Source of the DNA: Macrostomum lignano
Lineage: Eukaryota
Reading direction: 5' to 3'
NCBI GenBank assembly: GCA_002269645.1
Contig: NIVC01003406.1
Coordinates: forward strand, 12,747-76,746
DNA: 64,000 nucleotides
Shown here: positions 11,701 through 20,740 of the stretch, piece by piece
How positions within the stretch are numbered: position 1 is the stretch's first letter
Layout of the letters: each line of letters starts with the position of its first letter
Made by a program: the position numbers and the translations under genes
Notes under the pieces: generated by a model
What the model was told of the DNA's origin: nothing
The model's database searches: none
Seen by the model: only the letters and a program-made list of their open reading frames with translations

Positions 11701-12983
11701 TCTGAGCCCTGAAGTCCCGAATCTGAGCCCTGAAGTCCCGAATCTGAGCCCTGAAGTCCCGAATCTGAGCCCTGAAGTCCCGAATCTGAGTCATGAAGTC
11801 CCGAAACTGAGCCATGAATTCCCGAATATGAGTCATGAAGTCCCAAATTGAAGCCCTGAAACTAAAAACACAAATGATAAGAAATGCGTATTTACAATTT
11901 AACTGCTGCTGACTCACTTATTCTGATCAATCTTTTTCCGCTTCTCCAGTTTCTCCTCTTCAGTGAGAATGTACTCCCGCTTCATGCCGATGTCGAAGCA
12001 CTTGGCCAGCCGGCAGCGCTTGCAGAAGCGGCGATTTGAAACGTCTATGCTGCAGGCGCCGCTGTATGGGCACTTGAATGCCTCCTGTAATTGCAGGTGG
12101 CCCGGCAACTGAGGGTCTGGGAGGCTGGCCCGGTAACTGAGAATCTGGGAGGCTGGCCCAGCAACTGAGGATCTGGGAGGCTGGCCCAGCAACTGAGGAT
12201 CTGGGAGGCTGGCCCAGCAACTGAGGATCTGGGAGGCTGGCCCAGCAACTGAGGATCTGGGAGGCTGGCCCAGCAACTGAGGATCTGGGAGGCTGGTACA
12301 GGCAACAGGAATAGAACAAGTAACATTAAGGAAAGAAACAGACGACAAAATCTTACAACTCCTTTAACAGCATTCCGCCTGAAGAAGGCTTTGCAGGATT
12401 CACAGCTCACGGCGTCAAAGTTGAAGCCCAAAGCTTTGTCGCCGCAGACGCCGCAGATTTTATCGTCCCTCGGGTGCCGCTGTCCGCCAGCTTTGCCAGG
12501 CTGGACGGCTGGGGCAGCGGCCGCAGCGCCGACGACGTCGTCGGGCACTGAGGGCTCGGTCTTGAATGCACCTGAGCAGGCCTGAGCTTGAGTCTGTTGT
12601 TGCTGCTGCTGCTGCTGCTGCAGAAACGGAGTCTGGTGCGGGGATGTTGAATCCGCATTGAGCTGCAGGAAATCTGGGCCTTGCTCTTCGAGGAACAGCG
12701 GCATTGGCTGCTGCTGCTGCTGCTGCTGCTGATGGTGGTGGTGGTGGCCAAATGAGTGCGGACTGAAGCCGGACGAACAGCTGGACAAAGGAGACAGGCT
12801 GACAGCAAAGCTGCTATCAGAGGAGTCTGGATAGTGATGCGGTGGTTGCTGTTGCTGCTGCGGCAGAAGTGGTGGCTGCTGCTGCTGCTCAGTGCCTTCA
12901 AGCAGCTCGACATTCAGCAAGTCGATGCTGAACAATGGGTCATAGTCATTGCCGGAGCCTTGCTGCGACTGCTGCTGCTGCAT
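8738..12983 (-). CDS. Nuclear receptor, NR1J (HR96/DAF-12/NHR-8-like). Exons 12983-12357, 12084-11918, 9963-9573, 9166-8738
   Basis: C4 zinc fingers CGVCGDKALGFNFDAVSCESCKAFFRRNA with the ESCKA P-box typical of NR1J. Hinge CFDIGMKREYILTEEEK resembles HR96. LBD motifs ELCKQLPEFLRLSPPDRVALMKGG and LFSADRPGL, AF-2 PLMAELLD. Splice phases 0/2/0 are consistent. Confidence 0.92.
9200..9360. repeat. ~43-bp repeat in nuclear receptor coding intron 3
   Basis: GGATCAACAGCTGAGTGGGG recurs 4 times. Confidence 0.85.
10090..10950. repeat. 20-bp minisatellite (TCGTGAAGATTGGGTGGGGA), about 43 copies, nuclear receptor intron 2
   Basis: Direct reading. Confidence 0.97.
11505..11840. repeat. 21-bp minisatellite (GAATCTGAGCCCTGAAGTCCC), nuclear receptor intron 2
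   Basis: Direct reading. Confidence 0.97.
12100..12298. repeat. 28-bp minisatellite (GGGAGGCTGGCCCAGCAACTGAGGATCT), nuclear receptor intron 1
   Basis: Direct reading. Confidence 0.95.
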
Positions 12984-13538
12984 TATTGTTAGTGTGTTCT
13001 CTGCGGGATTATCCAACAATAGACTCTGACAGATATTGTGAACAGAGTTTAGTGGCTAGTTGAAATGAGCGCTGAGAATTATAACAGAGAAGATTTGAAC
13101 TGCAAGTCTGTGTAGCCTCTCAGCTCAATCTGAGTTCGTGCACCGAAAGTGTTTAGGTAAGAAATTATTTAGCTGGCTATTTTAACTGTAATAATATAAT
13201 AAAAATTCGGTCAGTAAAGTGCCCTTCCCATGTTAAAGCAGCAGAATTTTGATAAAGAGAACGAGAAAAGTGCAGTCATTTTGACTTAGCAGTAAGTTAA
13301 TTACTGTGACACAAATAAGTACATAAAACTATTGGAGCTTGCAAGGTGGTTAGGATAATAGGACTTCTTCTTAGGACTTTATGGATTATAATTGAGAACT
13401 TTTACAAAAGAAACTTTAAATAGTCAAATTACAAAGCCTTAGTCTTAAAAGTACTATTCTTTGATTTTTTATATATATGATTTTTTAACCATAAAAAATT
13501 TCTATGAAAAACTTGATGACATCTAAAAGGTGACATTA

Positions 13539-13625
13539 GTCGCCAGGGGTTAGCGAAATGGGCGGCAACGCCTCCTCGCTGTTTCCGGACGCGCGGAGCC
13601 CCCCTGCAGCTAAGTCAAGTAAGTC
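13539..13625 (+). mobile_element. 87-bp 5'-truncated non-LTR retroposon/SINE stub with 13-bp target-site duplication
   Basis: AAAGGTGACATTA directly repeated at 13526-13538 and 13626-13638. The insert ends in a TAAGTC-type tail. Its 3' motif CCCCCTGCAGCTAAG recurs near 29421. Confidence 0.7.
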
Positions 13626-13998
13626 AAAGGTGACATTAATGCCTAATATCCCTAAGCTTACTCAAGCCAAAAGTGTTTTTTGCAAGTAGCAGTCTAAGCA
13701 TTAAGCATTAAGCAGGCTTAAGCATTCACAACAAAGAAAAAAAAGGCTAGCTTTGACAAACTAGTTGCAATTTGTGGTGCAATTCAACCCATTAGCCAAT
13801 ATAGTAGGCACTAGTGCATTAGGCCCCTTTATGGTAGGCATTCAAAACTCTTAAATGGAATGCCTATTGCAAGCAATCTTTTTTGGAATATTTGACCTAC
13901 TTCCAATTTGTATAAAATTTGAATACCAATTTGCCAAATGAACCTAAATTAATTAGGCCCATTAGCTACCCCTATCTACAATTGCAAAACTATGCTAC

Positions 13999-14849
13999 CA
14001 GTGATGGGCACCACTAAATTTATTTTAAGCGCTGCTAATTAGCACTGTTGCTAACTGATTTAAGAAAAAAATAGCGATTGCTAATAGTGGACACTATTTC
14101 TACTTTGAAATTTAGCACAATTAGTACCACTAATTTTGAAATGTGCTAATTAATAAATATATTTAATATAAACTGCCATTTCACACATATTTATGCATTT
14201 CTGCTCATTTTTAACTCTCACATTTTAAATGAATAAGCTAATAATGCCTTTGCTAATAAAAATCCTCAAGCCACTGAACTGTCAAAGCAACAGTTGGTAG
14301 AAAGAATTCCTAAATGACAATGTTGTTTGCCTTGAAGAAGGTCAAGGGCTATTGCCACTAGGCCATGGCCTTCTTATACACAAGAAGGAAGGCAAGACCA
14401 TCAGCTTGAAATGGTAGTACAGGATTTCTAAACCCTACCATCACCCTGTTGATAGCCTGTTACTTTGCATCTCATTGCTTAGAATATCAAATGAGTTGAA
14501 TGTTGAATTCATTGATGATATTTTGAACCTTGAAACCTTGTTGATAATGAAAAATGAAAATAGATATTCAAATTTTGTTTCACATTTTTAAGAAAATTAG
14601 AAACATTTACATAATCTTTAACTTACTAATCAAAGAGGGTCTCATTTTAAGTATTGAACAGTCATTAACCCTCTAATTTTTTTAGCAAAAAATAAATTTT
14701 AGTGCAATTAGCAACTTTTAGAAAACGTTAGTGGCACTTTGATAGCGCAAGCTAATCAGAATTTCAATTTAGCAGAATTAGTGGCACTAACAAAATATTA
14801 GCGGCACTTCAGCGGAATTCAAATTTAGCAGCGCTAGTGCCCATCACTG
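13999..14849. mobile_element. Non-autonomous hAT-type DNA transposon
   Basis: Perfect 13-bp TIRs CAGTGATGGGCAC / GTGCCCATCACTG. 8-bp flanks TATGCTAC / TATGCCAC (7/8 match). Subterminal TTAGC/GCTAA motifs. Confidence 0.85.
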
Positions 14850-15651
14850 TATGCCACCCTTTCTATATTATAAAAAAACACAAATAAGATCATAGCAACT
14901 TGAAAGATTGATAAAAAAGGCTTTGTTTCATCCTTTTTTTTTGAAAATAAAAAAACTTTCTAAAAATTATATATCTAGCTTTAATTAGGTCTTAGGATAA
15001 TAACAAGCTGTCATCTTTTTTCATAAAAGCTTACATTTTTCATTTTTAGACACTTGTGCAATATGCAAAAATAGACAGTTGTTATTTGTCTAGCCTTTTT
15101 GCTATTTGTGCAGTTAAATTGCTAACATAAGTATCTATTTGTTTAGTGATAAATATTCTAGATTTTTAAACTCTTTCTTATATCCTAATTAATATTTTGT
15201 TATTAGTGCAAGCAAAGCAGATATATGTAATGCATATGCAATTTGGCATAATTTGATATATAAGACATATATTAGTAAAACAACATAACAATCAAGATAC
15301 AAGTAAGAAGTCTTTGAAGTCCAGGAATAGTTACCCTTATATAGTTTCTGTAAAATAAAATATCAATTTAACCGGACAAATAACAATTGTCACAAAAATA
15401 TATAAGCCTATTAGTATTAGTAGTGTTCCGCCGTAGCCGTAGCTATGGCTACGGGATCCTATGGCAAATATGATAAAATAGGTGCCTATGGCAGCTACAG
15501 ATATGCCTATAGTAGCTAGCTGCTCCTATGGCTACCAATACAGAAATATGGTAGTTGTTATCACATTCTGTAGATTCCCATAGCTATAGTTATAAATGTT
15601 AAAAAAATGAAATAATATTAGAAACAGGTAGAGTAAAACAAATATAGGCCT

Positions 15652-18495
15652 TGTCGAATAGACAATAAACTAACAACTAACAATATGTGATTAGTGGTGC
15701 AGAAAGGAAGGAGGGGAAAGAAGAAGTGAAGGGCCTAAGCCGCGGGTTGAAGTTGTATTTATACTAACAATAATGAACAGGCCAGCTGAATTGTCTGTGG
15801 TAAATGAACGGTTACGATAGTCTGTGGGAAAGGCATGGCAGACAAAGGGAGACGGTTAACTGAAAAGTACAAGGTAATAGAAAGTACAAATATTTGGAGG
15901 ATGGAAATCCGACAGGCTCGGGGGGCCAACAGGTAACGATAAGATAGAGGGGATTTTGAATGGTAAAATCAGTAGAATGATTAAAAGCGAGTATTTGCGC
16001 ATTGATTTTAGTTCGTGGAAACGGTAAAATGTTTAGTCAGGTGCAACAATAATTCCGGGCCGGAAGCCAAGCCGGCAGACGGGACGGGCATCATCTTCCT
16101 TGGTGTCAGCGCCGATGACAAGGTTGTCGACGTAGAGGCCGCCGATGATGCGCTCGAGCTCGGGTCGGGTGAGGTCGGAATCTCCAGAGTTAATTGCGTC
16201 CAAGCAGATCTTGTGGAGGACCACCAAGAGAATCCACGGGCTGGGAGAGGCGCCCATGACGATGCGAGTGAAGCGCCAGAGCTCGAAGTTGCCTTGTACT
16301 AGCGGCTTGTTGATATCCTTTGGAAGGATGATGCGGAGGGCGTCGCGGTGAGGCTCGTGAACACCTATCTGGTAGAAGGCGGCCTTGAGGTCAGATGAGA
16401 TGCTGAACCGGTGAGCGCGGTGAACTAGTAAGACTTGAAGCATTGAGGTCAGAAGGTTGGGCCCAGGCTCTAGGAGGTCGTCGAGTGTAGCGCCGTCGAC
16501 GACGGGGCGGATCTTCGTCGTGTTGAAGCTCTCCTTTATGACTGGGAAGTGCGGCAGAGTCTGGATGACTGGGCCAGCTGGCTGGCCAGGGCTGACTCGT
16601 TCCAGGACACCTTTTTGCTTGCGCTTCTCGAACTCGGCGTAGTAGGCCTCGGCCTCGCGCTCGGGAAGGCTGAGGCGGCGGTGTGTGGCTTGAGCACTAC
16701 CGAAGGCCTGGCCAAAGTTGGAAGGTAGGAGTTCGGCTCCAGGTTCGAATGGCAGGTCGACGGAGATTCGACCGTCGGTATCGCGCATGATGGAGTCGGG
16801 CAGGCGTTCCTGGGGTCTGTCGTTCCTGGCGTCGGGCCGTTCAGCATCCTTTGCCGTGCCGAGAGCTTCGAGGTTGGACATGCTGTCCAGAAGTCGGTCG
16901 AGGTGGAGCCCATCGTTGTTAGGGAAAGTGTTCGCAATGACCACTTGCGAGGAGCCGAGGAAGCCGTTGAGACGAGAGGCTGTGGTATCGAGGGAGCCGT
17001 CGAGGATGGCCCTGAAGGGTGTCGGGCAGGCTTTGAGAGTCGTTCGAAGCGCTTGGGCAGGTACGTTAGGGCTGATAGGCTGACTGGCGTCGCTGCAGGG
17101 ACAAGAACTCTTGGGCTCTTGGCTGGCAGTGGAACTTAACTTCGCGGCTGGGCGAGATTTAATGTCGGCGCAAGGAGCGGGGTCAGGTTGATAGGCGTCC
17201 GACGATAAGCGATTGCCGGTGCTGCGGGCTTGTGGCGGCTGGGAACTGGCGTTGCCCAGAAGGATGGCGGAAGCGAAGGTCGCAGCCGGAGGGGTAGCGG
17301 AAGCGGCTCTGAGCGTCTTCAGCTTGTAATCGAGGTGGCACTGGAGCTGTGTCATAGTTGGCAAGAGAGGCTGCCCGTTGGCAGCACGAAGGTTGCGGAT
17401 CTCGCTCTGCAGCTCGATCGGGAGGCGGCTCCACAGGGCGTAGACGTAGCCGTCAATGGTGCTGGCGGGCTCGCCAAGGCGGAGGAGCTGGCCGGTAGCG
17501 AGTCGGAGGGCGTCGGTGTAGGTCTCGAGCTCGTCTATGTCGGAGGCAGAGTTGCAGTGAAGGGCGAGGAGACGCTGGAAGGAGGCGTTCTTTTGCTCCT
17601 GTGTGTCGGTGTAGTTGGCCTGGAGGACACGGCAGGCCTCGGCGTAGGCGTTGGGTTGGTAGGCATTGAGGGCACCGAGCTTCTTGAGAGCGGAGCCGGA
17701 GAGCAGACCGCGAAGCGCCTCGAATTTGTCGACGTCGTTGAGGCTGGAGCGGTCAACGCGGTAGACGAAGGCGTCCCAGAAGCCCGGAAATGCAGCAGGG
17801 TCCGTACCGTCGAAGATCGGGAGATGTACGTTCTTGTGAATGGTGGAGCGGATGAGCCCGGCCGGATCGTGAGCATCTGGTGCGGGTGTTGAAGCAGTTG
17901 GTGTTGAGGCTGGACGGACGGTGGCGGCGAGCTGCTGAATGAGCTGCTGGTTCTGCTGCATCATCGCGGTCATTGAGGCGATGAGGGCGTTTACGTCGAC
18001 AGAGGCAGCGGGAGCTGTTGCAGGGATCGGAGTTGTGGAAGTAGCAGCGAGAGGAGCGGATGTCGTGGCGGATGAAGCAGCTGGCGGCGGGTCACTGGCT
18101 TCGACGGGTGGCTGCTCCGCGGCAGTGGTCGCTTCAGTAGAGGTTGAGAGGTGGTCGTTCTGGGACTGCTGATGGTCGCCAGATTGGTCAGTTGTCGATC
18201 GTGTGATGACCATGACGCTCTGCTACCAGAATTGTCGAATAGACAATAAACTAACAACTAACAATATGTGATTAGTGGTGCAGAAAGGAAGGAGGGGAAA
18301 GAAGAAGTGAAGGGCCTAAGCCGCGGGTTGAAGTTGTATTTATACTAACAATAATGAACAGGCCAGCTGAATTGTCTGTGGTAAATGAACGGTTACGATA
18401 GTCTGTGGGAAAGGCATGGTAGACAAAGGGAGACGGTTAACTGAAAAGTACAAAGTAATAGAAAGTACAAATATTTGGAGGATGGAAATCCGACA
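15652..18495 (-). mobile_element. BEL/Pao LTR retrotransposon, internally deleted, 2844 bp
   Basis: 263-bp TG...CA LTRs at 15652-15914 and 18233-18495 differ at only 2 positions. 5-bp TSD GGCCT. PBS TGGTAGCAGAG (plus-strand 18218-18228) is complementary to the initiator tRNA-Met 3' end. Confidence 0.96.
16033..18213 (-). CDS. BEL/Pao Gag-(protease remnant)-partial RT fusion ORF, 726 aa
   Basis: DUF1759-type Gag (LPIFDG...FWDAF...DVDKFEALRGLLSGSA), protease-like FRAILDG, RT motifs LPHFPVIK, SDLKAAFYQI, RIVMGASPSP and YVDN. No RNase H or integrase core. Confidence 0.92.
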   Translation of the reverse strand: MVITRSTTDQSGDHQQSQNDHLSTSTEATTAAEQPPVEASDPPPAASSATTSAPLAATSTTPIPATAPAASVDVNALIASMTAMMQQNQQLIQQLAATVRPASTPTASTPAPDAHDPAGLIRSTIHKNVHLPIFDGTDPAAFPGFWDAFVYRVDRSSLNDVDKFEALRGLLSGSALKKLGALNAYQPNAYAEACRVLQANYTDTQEQKNASFQRLLALHCNSASDIDELETYTDALRLATGQLLRLGEPASTIDGYVYALWSRLPIELQSEIRNLRAANGQPLLPTMTQLQCHLDYKLKTLRAASATPPAATFASAILLGNASSQPPQARSTGNRLSSDAYQPDPAPCADIKSRPAAKLSSTASQEPKSSCPCSDASQPISPNVPAQALRTTLKACPTPFRAILDGSLDTTASRLNGFLGSSQVVIANTFPNNDGLHLDRLLDSMSNLEALGTAKDAERPDARNDRPQERLPDSIMRDTDGRISVDLPFEPGAELLPSNFGQAFGSAQATHRRLSLPEREAEAYYAEFEKRKQKGVLERVSPGQPAGPVIQTLPHFPVIKESFNTTKIRPVVDGATLDDLLEPGPNLLTSMLQVLLVHRAHRFSISSDLKAAFYQIGVHEPHRDALRIILPKDINKPLVQGNFELWRFTRIVMGASPSPWILLVVLHKICLDAINSGDSDLTRPELERIIGGLYVDNLVIGADTKEDDARPVCRLGFRPGIIVAPD

Positions 18496-19322
18496 GGCCT
18501 ACTTTGGTAAACTTAGAAACTACTAAAATATACCTAATAAAGTACAATCAAACACTAGCAAACTCTAATTTTTATTTATGTGAAAAAGTTCAGCATTAGC
18601 ACTTTCAGTAATGATTAAGTATTGTTGCTTTGAAAAAAGATGAAATATAATCTTATAAAGGCAATTGAGTGTTTCTTTTATTTTCTAACTTAATTTGCAG
18701 TTGTTTAAGTACTAGGTTATCTTCTTGATTCAAAATATTTTGTTTTCTAGACTTTTTGTTAAAACTATGGCATGGCTATGGATGGGAACTACAGCGGCTA
18801 CAGCCTACAGGAATATGGTAATATTAAGGTCCCTATGGCTACGGAATACGGAAAATTGGAATAAGCCATAGTTTTGCTTAGGGCCTACAGCTAGGCTTAT
18901 GGCTATGGCTACAGTATATAGATCTTCCTTACAGTGGAACACTACTTATTAGAGAAAAAATAAATTAATTAAAGATACTAGCTATAAAATGACAAAAAAT
19001 ATTACAGTTTTTTGGACTTGCATTTTAAGCTAAAGGCTAACTTCTATAAATATTGATTATTCTTGCAAAGGTTTTGGCTATTGTAAGCCTAATTATATTT
19101 TTTTTATAAAATTTAGAAAGCTAAAATTAAAAAAGCTAAAGCTTATAGGCTCTATAGGCCTACTATAACTAAGGCATTGAATTTTTGGATTTACTAATAC
19201 TATAATAACAATGATAGGTCTAGCTAGCTACATTTTTAGCAATTTATCATAATATGGACATATGGTCAATGAAAAATTCAATTAAATAGGCATAAATTTT
19301 GATAGGTGTAGGTGTAAGCCCC

Positions 19323-19436
19323 TAGGGGCATAGTTCTAGTTTACTGCATTAAATTATTTCGCCCTCTATTCAAGGCCATCAAGGGTAGGGGGGGGGGTTG
19401 GAATATAATGAAGTAAACTAGAACTATGCCCCCCTA
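19323..19436. mobile_element. Small hairpin MITE-like element
   Basis: 27-bp arms GGGGCATAGTTCTAGTTTACTGCATTA / TAATGAAGTAAACTAGAACTATGCCCC (1 mismatch), with TA on both outer flanks. Confidence 0.6.
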
Positions 19437-20294
19437 AGGGCCTATGTCTAAACTAGTTAGGCCTACTAATAGAGCTTTCAAATAAATATCTATTAAATAA
19501 AAAAGCTATAGGCTACATCAAAAAATTATTGGTAGATTTGATTATTGAGCACTTACTTAGTCAACTGCTAGGTGCTAACTAGGCCTAGGCTAAGCCTAAC
19601 TAACTAGGCTTATAAATGCTATAATTTTAAAGCCTCCTAGAGTCCTAGGACCTAGGGCTAGACAACGAATAGTTTGGTATATAGGCCCTAGCTAACTTAA
19701 GGCTATAGAGGATAAAGTTCTACATAAAATGTACAACAAAATGTACAAAGCAGAAAAACATTACTGTGAATTAAATGCATCTGACTTTATATGCTTATAC
19801 AACAATATAAAAGACATATCGCTGTGTAGCTGTCAATTTTAGGTTTTAGTTTTAGCCCCTAACAGTAAATCGGCGCATTAATTTACGGTGACAGAATTTC
19901 GGTGTCTACAATTTGAACGACCGCGCCGCTAACGACCGCTCGCCTACGACGACAACTACCCTCCCCCGGAGTTGAGGACCCCGGCAGCCGGAGTAAAACA
20001 GGAGAAATTTCGTTGGGATTCGTCTGCGCGATTTTCCGGATTTAAATCGTGCGAACTCAACGCCGGCGGCGATTCAAAGTCCAAACCTGTAAATACCCTA
20101 GTCGCCGTTTGAAATACGAGTGACGAAGTCGTGCAGGCAATTCTTGTCGGCTGTGCTCACTTAGCCGAGGGGAGAAAGTCTTAAAGATTCCTGCTCAAAC
20201 CATTACTGTATTTATAACCATTGGCGATGTTTTGCAGACAGCGTGCGAGGCTTAAAAGCGTAATTCACGCGCGGGAATAAAATCAATTCCAGAA

Positions 20295-20358
20295 TACATT
20301 CAAATCTTTCTAATCTTTCTAATCTTTCTAATCTTTCTAATCTTTCTAATCTTTCTAA
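20295..20358. repeat. (TCTTTCTAA)n microsatellite at the head of a further Helitron-like 5' end
   Basis: Direct reading. It is followed by CTGTCTGTCTG and GGCTCAACCGATTTT motifs that resemble the head of the element at 20741. Confidence 0.75.
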
Positions 20359-20740
20359 TATATCTAAAGTAGCAACCCCCCCTCCACCGGCCCTGTCTGT
20401 CTGTGGGTATGTAACAGGTTATCTCCCAAAAGGCTCAACCGATTTTCTCCGTTTCTTCGCCAAAAGATGTCAAATGTGCCCGGGACGGTACATGTAATTT
20501 TATTAAGCTCTAGCTCAATGCTAAGGGGATTAAATATTCGAAAAACTGTTTTAAATGGCCTTTTTAGTGTATTTTTTTATCAGCCTGCGCGCAGCGAGAA
20601 ACTTCACAGCCAATTTTAATGATTGCGCCAGAGCCAACTGATAAGAAAATTCACTTTGCCCCACTGCCCAGATAATTACTCTATTTAACTTGCGTAACCA
20701 ATTAAGGGGGGGGGTATAATAAAAATTCTGGATGCTTCCA

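Larger units (their letters stand above)
15421..18944. mobile_element. Probable non-autonomous hAT-like element that hosts the BEL insertion
   Basis: TIRs TAGTGTTCC / GGAACACTA. 8-bp flanks AGTATTAG / CTTATTAG (6/8 match). GCTATGGCTAC-type subterminal repeats on both sides. Confidence 0.55.

Noticed and set aside
17230-17892. 220-aa plus-strand ORF opposite BEL gag, and similar antisense ORFs at 41207-41809, 9535-9987 and 46831-47226
   Set aside because: Shadow ORFs expected from GC-rich codon usage on the opposite strand
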